Source: SAR86 cluster bacterium
GTDB taxonomy: Bacteria > Pseudomonadota > Gammaproteobacteria > Magnimaribacterales > D2472
Assembly (NCBI GenBank): GCA_003331565.1
Contig: QOPE01000001.1
Location: forward strand, 15,823-79,822
Reading direction: 5' to 3'
DNA: 64,000 nt
Shown here: piece after piece, positions 1 through 9,570 of the stretch
Layout: each line of letters starts with the position of its first letter
Numbering within the stretch: the stretch's first letter is position 1
Position numbers and translations under genes: made by a program
Notes under the pieces: model-generated
What the model was told of the DNA's origin: nothing
The model's input: the letters and a program-made list of their open reading frames with translations, nothing else
The model's database searches: none

Positions 1-2
1 CT

Positions 3-1478
3 AGTTTCAAGGTTCATGGGTTGGTAAGTAATGTAAGAACTAGAATTATTCATAAACTTCTCGATATGAATTATTTCGTAGATGGCAACCATAAGAAATC
101 TAAAATTATTTCGAATATTATTTTTGATTCCTCTCAGTTTGGAGCAAGCTTAATCGACCTTGTCCATTTAATTAGCAGGCTTTGTCTCACTTTAATTATT
201 TTTATATGGCTTTTATTTGTAAATGTGGTTGTTACTCTAGCCATGATTTCCATTTTAATGATTCTTTACCTTGCAATTCACTTCATCATCACACCCAAGA
301 TTAGACGTTCGGCTAACAACATTGCAGTTTTTAATGAATTATTGATAAAAGAACTTTCTAATTTTTTTGGATATATTCGAGAGATAATTTTTTACAACAT
401 ACAGGATAAAGTTATCAATCAGTTAAGTGGTACTAATAATAATATTGCTACTTCAACGGGATCCAAGTCATTTCTAGTGAACATGCCTAGATTTCTGGTT
501 GACTCACTAATACTAATATTACTTGCTTCTTTTGTTTTAGTGGCTAATTCATATCAACAAGACTTTGTAGGATTTTATAGCTTACTAGCAACATATGGAA
601 TTGCAGCTATAAAACTTTTGCCGGCTGTTCAAAATATTTTCTACTATACTCAGCAATTATTATCTAGAAAACCAAATATGGTAAATCTAAACAATTTTTT
701 TGATTCAAAAGAGCATCATCAAAAAAATACAGAACTTATAGAGAGTTTGATCCCTGATCTAAAAGAAAAAATTAAACTATCCAACATTTCGTATCAATCA
801 AACACTAATGATTCAATTCTGGAAAACATTTCACTTGAAATAAATTTTTCAGATAAGTTAGCTATTGTCGGTCCATCTGGATCTGGTAAATCATTTTTAA
901 TGAATACAATTATCGGTCTTAGCAGTCCAACCAGTGGATCACTGGAAATCGATGGAATCAGAATTGACGATAGTAATGTTAATTCCTATCGAGACAAGAT
1001 TTCCTACATACCACAAAAAATTTTCCTTAGCGAAGGAACAATTAAAGATAATGTACTTTTATTTAGTAAAGAAAATTTTAAGGAGTCTAAATATAAAGAA
1101 GCTTTAAAGCAGTCCGGTATGGAATCTATTCTCAATAACAGTGAGCAGAATGATGAAACTACTATATCAGATCAAAGCCATAACCTTTCAGGTGGCGAAA
1201 AACAGTGTTTAGGGTATGCAAGAGCGCTTTATGAGAGAAGAAATATTATAGCTCTTGATGAAGCTACTTCATCTATGGATTTTAATCTAGCCAGCAAAGT
1301 GATCTCTTCAATTTTAAAAGAATGGAAAACGGTAATTTGCATTACTCATCAATCATATCTTCTTCGTAATTTTGAAAAAATAATTGTCATGGATGATGGA
1401 AAAATCCAAGATTTGGGTAGTTACGAGGATCTACTTCTAAGAAATAAGTATTTCAAAAATCTATGTTCTAATGAATAA
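3..1478 (+). CDS. ABC transporter, fused permease/ATP-binding protein (exporter type), 5'-truncated by window edge
   Basis: The frame is open back to base 3, so the TTG at 21 on the ORF track is probably internal. The N-terminal half is hydrophobic. NBD motifs are Walker A GPSGSGKS, signature LSGGEKQ, Walker B IIALDEATS and H-loop ITHQ. The NBD starts about 80-90 aa earlier than in full-length exporters. Confidence 0.85.
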   Translation, partial: SFKVHGLVSNVRTRIIHKLLDMNYFVDGNHKKSKIISNIIFDSSQFGASLIDLVHLISRLCLTLIIFIWLLFVNVVVTLAMISILMILYLAIHFIITPKIRRSANNIAVFNELLIKELSNFFGYIREIIFYNIQDKVINQLSGTNNNIATSTGSKSFLVNMPRFLVDSLILILLASFVLVANSYQQDFVGFYSLLATYGIAAIKLLPAVQNIFYYTQQLLSRKPNMVNLNNFFDSKEHHQKNTELIESLIPDLKEKIKLSNISYQSNTNDSILENISLEINFSDKLAIVGPSGSGKSFLMNTIIGLSSPTSGSLEIDGIRIDDSNVNSYRDKISYIPQKIFLSEGTIKDNVLLFSKENFKESKYKEALKQSGMESILNNSEQNDETTISDQSHNLSGGEKQCLGYARALYERRNIIALDEATSSMDFNLASKVISSILKEWKTVICITHQSYLLRNFEKIIVMDDGKIQDLGSYEDLLLRNKYFKNLCSNE

Positions 1479-1565
1479 ATTATTTTAAAGACAAGCCTAT
1501 TTTTACTATGAGATTAATTATCATAGTATTATGTATTATTTAAATTTTGCAAAAATAATTTCAAA

Positions 1566-2450
1566 TTGAAGTCTCTTATAAAAGGTGATCTAACATACTC
1601 TAAAGGTAAGCTTCTTTCAGTCCTAATTAACCGTATTAACCACAAATATGCTTCATTGCATATTAATAAGTTTCCACAGTTAGCAATTTTTTCATTTGAT
1701 CATATCGGTATGCACATAAATTTATATGGAAGGTATGAAAGAGAATTTTTAGACTTAGTAAGTGAATTAATATCTAAAAAAATCCCAAATGCATGCTCAA
1801 TAAGTGCAGTAGATATCGGAGCCAATATTGGAAACCATAGTGTGTTTTTTGCTAATCATTTTAAGAATGTATTTTCTTTTGAGCCAAATCCAATAACTTA
1901 CGAAGTTCTGAAAATTAATTCAAAATATGCAGCATCAAAAAAAAATATCCATTCTTACTGTTTGGGATTAAGTGATAGAAATGCTGAGCTTCATTTCGAA
2001 GTAAATTCATCAAATATTGGTGGTTCAAGGATTATTCAAGAAAAAAATAAATTAGATTCAAATAACTTTATAGAAATTTTGGTGAAAAGGGCTGATGAAC
2101 TTGATGCTCTTAAAGAAGCAAACATAGGCTTAATAAAAATTGATGTAGAAGGTCACGAAATCAATGCTCTAAAAGGAGCCCATGAAATCATAATTAAAAA
2201 TAAGCCCATAATCATATTTGAGCAACATGCAAGCGAAATCTATGATGGAACCTCAGAGGTAATATCATATCTAGAATCTTTGGGTTATGATTTTTTTGAA
2301 TTAAAAAAGCGCTTTGATTTCGGAGAAGGTTTTTTAAATAGGTTTGCAAGATTATTACTAACAAAAATTTTTGGTTCGAGACTGAGTTTAGTTCAAGCGG
2401 ATAAGTTCAAAGAGAAATGCTACGACATGATTGTAGCCATTAATGAATGA
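1566..2450 (+). CDS. FkbM-family methyltransferase
   Basis: It has the DIGANIGNHSVFF SAM-binding loop and the KIDVEGHE motif typical of FkbM-type methyltransferases. The start is TTG. Confidence 0.7.
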   Translation: MKSLIKGDLTYSKGKLLSVLINRINHKYASLHINKFPQLAIFSFDHIGMHINLYGRYEREFLDLVSELISKKIPNACSISAVDIGANIGNHSVFFANHFKNVFSFEPNPITYEVLKINSKYAASKKNIHSYCLGLSDRNAELHFEVNSSNIGGSRIIQEKNKLDSNNFIEILVKRADELDALKEANIGLIKIDVEGHEINALKGAHEIIIKNKPIIIFEQHASEIYDGTSEVISYLESLGYDFFELKKRFDFGEGFLNRFARLLLTKIFGSRLSLVQADKFKEKCYDMIVAINE

Positions 2451-2471
2451 TGGCTAGTTTTTTATACTGAT

Positions 2472-3299
2472 TTACTTTTTATAACATATGCATACCCAAA
2501 ATGGCTCAGCATTTGAAAATTTAATATTTTCAAAGCCAGCCTCTTCAAGCATTTTATGTATATCTTTTCTGCTATATCTTTTTTCTAATCTTGTTCCAAA
2601 CCTATCAAGGGAGTCGGTAGCCAAAAAGGTGAAAGCCTTATTTCTATAATCTGAAAGAGGGATATATCTAGGGTCGATACCCGATTTTTCAAAAAGTAAT
2701 GCTAAACGGGAAAGGGGATAATATATAAATATTGCTATCAAATAAGTTATAAATTTTTTTATAGGTGATGGCATTCTTGAGATGACTAACCGTATGATAT
2801 TTGAAAGCCACCATATAGTCTTAAATATCAGTGATCGATTTTCAAAATTATAATAAAGGTATAGGAGGAAAGGAGCACCATGTTTAAGTATTTTATTACA
2901 GCATTTCAAACCCTCCACAGTGTCAGGAACATGATGCAATACCCCAAGACAATACCCAAAATCTTGCGAGCCTGGCTCTAGAATATCATCACTCACTGAT
3001 GCATTATGAAACGCGACATTATTAAATTCAGATAAGTTATCTTTTGCCACATTCAAAGCTTTAATGCTTGGGTCAATGCAATTAAGGAAACCAACTCTTG
3101 GTGCAGAAAAAACAGCCCATCTACCACTTCCGCAACCCATATCAAAACCAACTGAATTACTATTTAGTTTTTCGAATGGAAATATTGAGAAATATTGATC
3201 CCAGGCCATTTTTAGATCAACTTTGGAAATATTACTTTGTCTAAATCTATCCCATTCTTCACCAAAATCTGCAACTACTTTTTTATCAATATTTTTCAT
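2472..3299 (-). CDS. class I SAM-dependent methyltransferase
   Basis: It has the glycine-rich motif I GFDMGCGSGRW and the downstream LGVLHH segment. There is a hydrophobic stretch near the C-terminal third. Confidence 0.7.
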   Translation of the reverse strand: MKNIDKKVVADFGEEWDRFRQSNISKVDLKMAWDQYFSIFPFEKLNSNSVGFDMGCGSGRWAVFSAPRVGFLNCIDPSIKALNVAKDNLSEFNNVAFHNASVSDDILEPGSQDFGYCLGVLHHVPDTVEGLKCCNKILKHGAPFLLYLYYNFENRSLIFKTIWWLSNIIRLVISRMPSPIKKFITYLIAIFIYYPLSRLALLFEKSGIDPRYIPLSDYRNKAFTFLATDSLDRFGTRLEKRYSRKDIHKMLEEAGFENIKFSNAEPFWVCICYKK

Positions 3300-3402
3300 A
3301 GCTTATATGCGTATAGGATTTTTTGTGATTTTAACCTAATTTTAAGAAATAGACTTGCTAGATTTTTAGAGCTATGAAGTGAGAATACCAAGAATTATCC
3401 TT

Positions 3403-4302
3403 TTAATGAGGAAAATCTTTACCAAGCTTTTCTTGAAAACCCCTATTTATACTTTTAAAGAATATTTTTTTATTTTTACCAATAATCAACGAAAAAGCAT
3501 AAAGCAAACCGTTAGCTCGAGAAACTCTTAATAATATTACCAAGGGTCCCAGTATTGAACGCAGCAGAGGTTTATCATAATGCTTCCTATAATTAATAAG
3601 ATTATTTTTCATATTGTAATAAATTCTTAGTAATGAATACTCTCTTTCCATAACATTAGGATGAAAATGTTTGGCCATTGGAGTAGAAGCAACAATGCCA
3701 TCGGATAGAAGTCTAAAATTAAAATCAACTTCATCACCATACATAAAATATCCAATATCTACGTTGCCAATTCTTTTAATCGATTCTACCCTTATAAGTG
3801 CGCCATTAAATAAATGAGCATATGGATAATAGAAATTATCACTTAAAGGTAAAGCATTAATTGAATTATATTTTTTCCAAAATTTAAGCGTATTTGGAAC
3901 TCCATTTTTTTTTATTAATGGATATGGAAAAACAAATTGATTATGATTATTTTCATCAACTATTACTGATGATAAGCATGAAAATTTATCTTCAAATTGA
4001 TTGCATAGTACATTTAAAGCATTTTTATCTGGATAACCATCATCATCCATAAGCCATATAAAATCATAGTCCTTTTCCAGACAAAAGGTTATTGCTGAAT
4101 TCCATCCACCAGCTGAACCAAGATTCTCCTGTTCAATTTTTTCAACAGGATATCTATCTAAAACCATATTAGTATCATCTGTACAGCCATTATTTATTAC
4201 TAGAATTTGATCAGGTAACCTTGTTTGATCAAGAATTTTATTTAAGCATCTATCCAATAGAACAGCGCGATTATGAGTTACAACTGCTGCAAGCACTTTC
4301 AT
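3403..4302 (-). CDS. family 2 glycosyltransferase (rhamnosyltransferase-like)
   Basis: The N-terminus is GT-A type (AAVVTHNR...LVINNGCTDDT), with the acidic motif WLMDDDGY. Confidence 0.75.
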   Translation of the reverse strand: MKVLAAVVTHNRAVLLDRCLNKILDQTRLPDQILVINNGCTDDTNMVLDRYPVEKIEQENLGSAGGWNSAITFCLEKDYDFIWLMDDDGYPDKNALNVLCNQFEDKFSCLSSVIVDENNHNQFVFPYPLIKKNGVPNTLKFWKKYNSINALPLSDNFYYPYAHLFNGALIRVESIKRIGNVDIGYFMYGDEVDFNFRLLSDGIVASTPMAKHFHPNVMEREYSLLRIYYNMKNNLINYRKHYDKPLLRSILGPLVILLRVSRANGLLYAFSLIIGKNKKIFFKSINRGFQEKLGKDFPH

Positions 4303-4429
4303 AATTAGACTATAACGGAAAAAACAAATCTAAGCATAAAGCTTATTATAAAAATGCAATTTATAATCCAATTTAGGCATATTTATAAAAGATGATATGT
4401 ATCTATCATTGAACTATAATGCGCAAAAT

Positions 4430-4516
4430 GCCCAGGTGGTGGAATTGGTAGACACAAGGGATTTAAAATCCCTCGAAGGCAACTTCGTGCCGGTTCAAGT
4501 CCGGCTCTGGGCACCA
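4430..4516 (+). tRNA. tRNA-Leu (anticodon UAA)
   Basis: The 87-nt sequence GCCCAGGTGGTGGAATTGGTAGACACAAGGGATTTAAAATCCC...GGTTCAAGTCCGGCTCTGGGCACCA has a 7-bp acceptor stem, a long variable arm, a TTCAAGT T-loop and an encoded CCA. It is close to E. coli tRNA-Leu(UAA). A TATAAT lies at 4415-4420, 9 nt upstream. Confidence 0.92.
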
Positions 4517-4544
4517 TTTATCTAATTAAGAATATAATTCTTAA

Positions 4545-4991
4545 ATGTATAGAGAAAATTTTATGATCGCTGCATTAAGAGAAGCTCAAAATGCAGCTTT
4601 GAATAATGAAGTTCCAGTTGGAAGCATCATTACACTGGATGATGAAATCATTGCTGTTGGCAGCAATAAATGTATCTCAAAAAACTCTCCTATTCGTCAC
4701 GCAGAAATAGAAGCAATTGAATATGCTTGTAGTATTCTTAGTAACTATAGGTTACCAAATACAAGCATGTATGTAACTTTGGAGCCTTGTCATATGTGCT
4801 GTATGGCGATCGTCAATGCAAGGATAGATAATCTTTTCTTTGGGGCGAAAGAACCAAAAACGGGAGCTGTTGTTTCAGTTGATAATTTCTTTAAGAGTAA
4901 TTTTCTTAATCATAAAGTGTCTTTCTCTGGAGGCTATATAGAAAAAGAATCAGAACTGTTGCTTAAGAATTTTTTTGCAAGTAAAAGGTGA
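4545..4991 (+). CDS. tadA: tRNA adenosine(34) deaminase
   Basis: It has the cytidine-deaminase-fold zinc motifs HAEIEAI and PCHMC, and 148 aa is typical of TadA. Confidence 0.88.
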   Translation: MYRENFMIAALREAQNAALNNEVPVGSIITLDDEIIAVGSNKCISKNSPIRHAEIEAIEYACSILSNYRLPNTSMYVTLEPCHMCCMAIVNARIDNLFFGAKEPKTGAVVSVDNFFKSNFLNHKVSFSGGYIEKESELLLKNFFASKR

Positions 4992-4997
4992 GGCTTG

Positions 4998-5807
4998 TTA
5001 GGTCAAAGTCACCCAAATTGGGCAATGGTCGGAGGGTTTCTCCATTGCGCGCGCATCATAATCAATCCCTGTTGATTTTATTGAGCCATATAGTTTTTCT
5101 GAAACCATAATATGATCTATTCTGAGACCTCTTTTAGGATTATCATCAAACATCCTAGACCTATAATCAAACCAAGAAAATATTGAATCTTCATCTGGAT
5201 TTTGTTGCCTCCAACTGTCAATAAAGCCAAGGTCTTTAATTGAATTCCACATTTCAATTTCTTCAGGCAAAAAAGCACACTTACCATCACGTAGCCATCT
5301 TTTAGCATTTACCTCGCCAATTCCAATATCATTTTTGGATGGTGCTACATTAAAATCTCCCATCACAATTATATTAGACGTGGAGCGCTGTAATTTTTTA
5401 ATGTGATCTTTTAAATCTTTATAGTACTTAATTTTTTTAGGAAACTTTGTTTCATGATTTCTATTTTCACCCTGAGGGAAATAACCATTTAATATGTATA
5501 TATCATTTTTTTTAAACTTATATCTTCCTTGAATAAATCTCTTTTGATCTTCAGCAGTATCTTTTAAAAATCCTTTCGAAACCTCAATTGGTTTTTTTTT
5601 GCTTAGTAATGCCACACCATAATGACCCTTCTGCCCCCAATATTCACAGTGATAGCCAATTTCATTTATTAACTCAACAGGAAATTCATCATCATGTACT
5701 TTTGTTTCTTGAAGTCCAATCACGTCAGGATCAAGGTGATCACGGATGTATTCAAGCTGATGAGGTCTAGCCCTAACACTATTAATGTTAAAAGATATAA
5801 TTTTCAT
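4998..5807 (-). CDS. xthA: exodeoxyribonuclease III
   Basis: ExoIII/AP endonuclease family features are MKIISFNINS, LQETK, the GDFN motif and C-terminal SDHCP. Confidence 0.9.
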   Translation of the reverse strand: MKIISFNINSVRARPHQLEYIRDHLDPDVIGLQETKVHDDEFPVELINEIGYHCEYWGQKGHYGVALLSKKKPIEVSKGFLKDTAEDQKRFIQGRYKFKKNDIYILNGYFPQGENRNHETKFPKKIKYYKDLKDHIKKLQRSTSNIIVMGDFNVAPSKNDIGIGEVNAKRWLRDGKCAFLPEEIEMWNSIKDLGFIDSWRQQNPDEDSIFSWFDYRSRMFDDNPKRGLRIDHIMVSEKLYGSIKSTGIDYDARAMEKPSDHCPIWVTLT

Positions 5808-7864
5808 TAATTTTGATTAGCTGCAATTAATTGAGAGCTAAATTTTAAGTAATCAATAATGATATTTTTTGACTCATTAAGAAGAAAATCGTTCTCTAAA
5901 GATATTTCTTCAGAATCAATTTCTTCTCTAAATGCTTCCATATCATCATAAGTATTAAATACTTCAATATTTAAGAGATTTCTGCGAGAATTCTCAGTAT
6001 TTAAAATCCATAATCTCCTGTCAAGCTTATCTTTTTTTCTTTCATCAATATTTAAAGAAAGTTCCTTTTTATTTTTGCGTTGATCATATTTTTCACGAAC
6101 TTTTAGAATATATTGCATGTTAGGATCCTTAGTTAGCCTATCAATATGATTTTCAGATGCTCGCTGAATAGCTGTATCATCTAGATTATAAATTCTATGC
6201 CTGATCGGTCTTATCGTATCCCATGGAAGTGATTCATCTAATGCGCTTTCACCAGTTTCTTCAATATCCCATGAAGACGGTAGTACTATATCTGGTTCAA
6301 TACCTTTTGCTTGAGTGCTTGAACCGCTGACCCTATAAAATTTTGATTCAGTAATTTTAATTTGACCTGAACTAAGATCATCAAGACGCTGCACCGTTCC
6401 TTTTCCAAATGTTCTATGGCCAATTACAATACCTCTTTTGTAATCTTGAATTGCTCCAGCAAAAATTTCTGAGGCTGAGGCTGAATATCTATCTACTAAA
6501 ACTGCGATAGGTTTTTTCCAGATTTGCTTAGCTCTTCCATCTCCCCAAGGCCTGATATTTCCAGAACTCTCTTTCACTTGAACAGTTGCTCCAGATGCAA
6601 CAAACAAACCAGTTAATTTATTTGCTTCATATAATGAGCCACCAGAGTTACCTCTAAGATCAACTAATACTGCATCTACATCATTTTTATTAAATGACTT
6701 GAGAATATCTTCAACATCTCTTGAGCTACTTCTAAAATTCGGATCTCTTTCTCTCCAGGCGTTAAAGTCTATATAAAATGCTGGTAACTCGATTATTCCA
6801 ACTCTATAATTTCTTGAGTCTGAATCTATGTTAATTATTTTGCTTTTTGCAGCCTGTTCCTCTAGATGAACTTCTTCTCTTACAAGCGTTACAAACTTTC
6901 TTTCTGAGGACTCAAGAGATTTTGACGGCATAATTTCAAGCACTACTTCAGTACCTGCATCTCCACGAATTAGTTTTACAATCTCATCTATTCTCCAACC
7001 AACTACATCTGTACTTTTTTCTTCATATGCCTGTCTTATGGAAACTATTCTGTCATCAGGAGATAGCTGATTTGATTTGGCGGCAGGTCCACCAGGAACC
7101 AAACTTACAACTTTTGCATAATCATCTTCAATCCCTAATAGTGCACCAATACCTTCAAGACTTAAGCTCATTTGCATGTCAAAATCTTCTGCAGATTTTG
7201 GCGATAAATAGGCTGAGTGAGGGTCAAATTGGCTCGTGAAATTATTCATAATAATGGAAAAATAGTCCTCATTAGTTCGCTGCATAATTCTTCTTATTCT
7301 TCGCTCATACCTGTCAATAATTGTTTGCTTGATATCAGTTTCATCAGATAAATCTTCATCAAGGATTTCATTCAATAAATCATTCTTTGTGAGAAGGAAC
7401 CATTCTTTTCGCAATTCTGCAAATGAAGATTTCCACTCATTATCATCAGAATAAACATCTATATATTCAGATTTTGTAAAATCAAAATCAAAATCTTTAA
7501 GGATTTCAATTTGGTATGAAGTAGCCTCTATAAGTCGATTAAAATACTGATTTAATATCTTAAAGCTATTATTAAGATCAAAAATATCATCATTAAGATT
7601 ATTTCCATATTGCTCAAATTCCAATTTAGTAAAATAAACTTTCGATGGATCTAGGCTTTCAATTAGCTTTTGATGAAAAATATTATTTATTTCTTCAATA
7701 TTATTCACTTTAAAAAAGTGGTCTTCTTTAACTTTTTTGATAATTTCTTTTTGTATTTTTTGGTTTTTAAGTGTTGGTTTGATGTCTAAATTCACATCTA
7801 CTGCAAGCACAAAACCAGTGCAAATAGCAAATAAAAATAAATTTAAACTTCTAAAAAATATCAT
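5807..7864 (-). CDS. prc: carboxy-terminal (tail-specific) processing protease, S41 family
   Basis: There is an N-terminal signal sequence, a PDZ-like centre, the nucleophile segment RGNSGGS and the lysine segment TFGKGTVQ. Its stop overlaps the xthA start by 1 nt. Confidence 0.88.
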   Translation of the reverse strand: MIFFRSLNLFLFAICTGFVLAVDVNLDIKPTLKNQKIQKEIIKKVKEDHFFKVNNIEEINNIFHQKLIESLDPSKVYFTKLEFEQYGNNLNDDIFDLNNSFKILNQYFNRLIEATSYQIEILKDFDFDFTKSEYIDVYSDDNEWKSSFAELRKEWFLLTKNDLLNEILDEDLSDETDIKQTIIDRYERRIRRIMQRTNEDYFSIIMNNFTSQFDPHSAYLSPKSAEDFDMQMSLSLEGIGALLGIEDDYAKVVSLVPGGPAAKSNQLSPDDRIVSIRQAYEEKSTDVVGWRIDEIVKLIRGDAGTEVVLEIMPSKSLESSERKFVTLVREEVHLEEQAAKSKIINIDSDSRNYRVGIIELPAFYIDFNAWRERDPNFRSSSRDVEDILKSFNKNDVDAVLVDLRGNSGGSLYEANKLTGLFVASGATVQVKESSGNIRPWGDGRAKQIWKKPIAVLVDRYSASASEIFAGAIQDYKRGIVIGHRTFGKGTVQRLDDLSSGQIKITESKFYRVSGSSTQAKGIEPDIVLPSSWDIEETGESALDESLPWDTIRPIRHRIYNLDDTAIQRASENHIDRLTKDPNMQYILKVREKYDQRKNKKELSLNIDERKKDKLDRRLWILNTENSRRNLLNIEVFNTYDDMEAFREEIDSEEISLENDFLLNESKNIIIDYLKFSSQLIAANQN

Positions 7865-7883
7865 TTGGAATAAACTTATAAAG

Positions 7884-8489
7884 ATGAGTAGTAACTATAT
7901 CGAATTCTACTTCGATTGTTCAAGTCCTTGGACATATTTAGGCTTTGTTGGAATCAATGAGATATCTTCGAAGTACAACATTGATATTAAATTTTTACCA
8001 ATTCTTGTAGGAGGAGTCTTTAATTCAGTAAATGACGATATATATAAATTCAGAGCAAAGCCCAACCCACTAAAATCTAATTACTATAATCAAGATTTAA
8101 AATTGTGGGCAAAAGTGAGGAATTTACAAATTAACTGGCCATCTATTTTTCCTATTAACTCTGTAAAAGCTATGCGTGGCGCATTATTTTTTAATGAGCA
8201 AGAGCAAATCTCAGATTATGCCCTCAAAATCTTTAAAGCTTATTGGACAGATGGAAAAGATATTTCCAAAGATAATGTAATTTCAGAGATATGTGAGGAT
8301 TTAAATATAGATTCCAATGCTTTCATAAATTTTATAAATCAAGAGACCACGAAAAGTGCATTAAAGGAAAATACTCAGGAGTTAATTGATAGAGGTGGCT
8401 TTGGATCACCAACATATTTTTTTAAGGACTCAATGTTTTTTGGCAATGATAGGATCCAATTACTTGAGGAGCAACTAAAGATTAGTTGA
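7884..8489 (+). CDS. 2-hydroxychromene-2-carboxylate isomerase / DsbA-like thioredoxin-fold protein
   Basis: The family pattern IEFYFDCSSPWTYLGF...GGFGSPTYF is present. I moved the start to ATG 7884 because the upstream 49 codons of the track ORF run antisense through prc. Confidence 0.75.
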   Translation: MSSNYIEFYFDCSSPWTYLGFVGINEISSKYNIDIKFLPILVGGVFNSVNDDIYKFRAKPNPLKSNYYNQDLKLWAKVRNLQINWPSIFPINSVKAMRGALFFNEQEQISDYALKIFKAYWTDGKDISKDNVISEICEDLNIDSNAFINFINQETTKSALKENTQELIDRGGFGSPTYFFKDSMFFGNDRIQLLEEQLKIS

Positions 8490-9567
8490 GTTGTAGTAAT
8501 GCTGCCTCTTCACGAACACGTTCAGGTGTGCCCAACAATTGTCTATTTAGGCCAATTCTTTTGAACCAATAATGTAGTCCTAATAGGTCTGTAAAACCCA
8601 TTCCTCCATGAACTTCAGTTGACTTTTTTGCCACTTCTTTAGTTACATCACTCAAATGGGACTTAGCCTGACATGCCATCAGCCTCGCTTCATTAGGCAT
8701 ATGTTTTTGCGCATGAGCGGCATGCCATATCAAGGCGTAGCAGGGCTCTAATTCAGCAACCATCTCCGCACACATATGCTTTACAGCTTGAAAAGAACCA
8801 ATAGCTCTACCAAATTGTTTTCTTTCTTTTGCATAATCAACAGCTTTATTAATCATGTTTTGAGCTGCTCCAAGAGAGTCAGCTGCAAGCATTATTCGTC
8901 CTGCATCAATTACCTTTTCTGCAGTATTTTTTGAATTTTTTGTTTGCTCTAAGATTTCAAAATCAACATTTTTTAATATCAATTCACAGACATTTCTAGT
9001 TCTATCGATTGTTTTTAATTCAACTAAATCTATTCCATTTGCTTGTGCATCAATGACACCGATGCATCCATTTATATCAGAGATCATAAAATGAGTTGCA
9101 TATTCATAATCCAATACAAAAAGAGATCTGCCTGAAATTTTGTTTCCTTTTATTTGGATTTCTGAGTCATCTCTTGCTCCAGTGAGAGCTGAAAATCCAA
9201 CTCCAAATTTAACTTCATTAGATGCAACATTGGTCAAGTAATTTTGCTTTTGTTTATCTGATCCACCATCAATAATAGCTATTGGTGCCATAACATACGA
9301 TCCTACGAAAGGTGTTGCTCCTGCCCCATATCCCAATGATTCTGATATTGCCGCTGCAAATAATATGTCTAATCCAAGTCCTCCAAATTCCTCAGGGACT
9401 AGAAGGCCATTAATACCTAAATTAACAATTCCATCATGTATATCTTTTGCAAATGTTCGATCATCAGCTGCAATTTTTCTAAGGATGTCTACTGATGAAT
9501 TCTCCTCAAGAAACCTTTTAATATTATCTTGGAAGAAAATTTGATCCTCTGATAATCCAAAATACAT
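8482..9567 (-). CDS. acyl-CoA dehydrogenase family protein (small, probably non-catalytic partner)
   Basis: ACAD fold is indicated by EVHGGMGFT. By manual alignment there is no Glu at either known catalytic-base position (IDAGRIML and LLGTPERV). It lies 3 nt downstream of the larger ACAD gene. Confidence 0.8.
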   Translation of the reverse strand: MYFGLSEDQIFFQDNIKRFLEENSSVDILRKIAADDRTFAKDIHDGIVNLGINGLLVPEEFGGLGLDILFAAAISESLGYGAGATPFVGSYVMAPIAIIDGGSDKQKQNYLTNVASNEVKFGVGFSALTGARDDSEIQIKGNKISGRSLFVLDYEYATHFMISDINGCIGVIDAQANGIDLVELKTIDRTRNVCELILKNVDFEILEQTKNSKNTAEKVIDAGRIMLAADSLGAAQNMINKAVDYAKERKQFGRAIGSFQAVKHMCAEMVAELEPCYALIWHAAHAQKHMPNEARLMACQAKSHLSDVTKEVAKKSTEVHGGMGFTDLLGLHYWFKRIGLNRQLLGTPERVREEAALLQLN

Positions 9568-9570
9568 TTT

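Noticed and set aside
1-4516. The tRNA-flanked block could be called an integrative mobile element.
   Set aside because: The window shows no integrase, transposase or phage genes, and no visible direct repeat of the tRNA-Leu 3' end. I report it only as a probable variable glycan region.
4526-4544. AT-only hairpins could be intrinsic terminators. One is TTAAGAAT-ATA-ATTCTTAA after tRNA-Leu. Another is TACTATGA-N9-TCATAGTA at 1504-1528, after the ABC transporter gene.
   Set aside because: The stems have only one or two G-C pairs and lack a convincing T-tract. Palindromes of this kind are expected by chance in AT-rich DNA.
7737-7883. The ORF track gives long N-terminal extensions at 7737-7883, 29137-29202, 41778-41891, 45063-45077, 50460-50540 and 58311-58328.
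   Set aside because: The extensions run through neighbouring genes and add residues absent from homologues. Downstream ATG or TTG starts give N-termini co-linear with known proteins, so I treated the extensions as ORF-calling artefacts.
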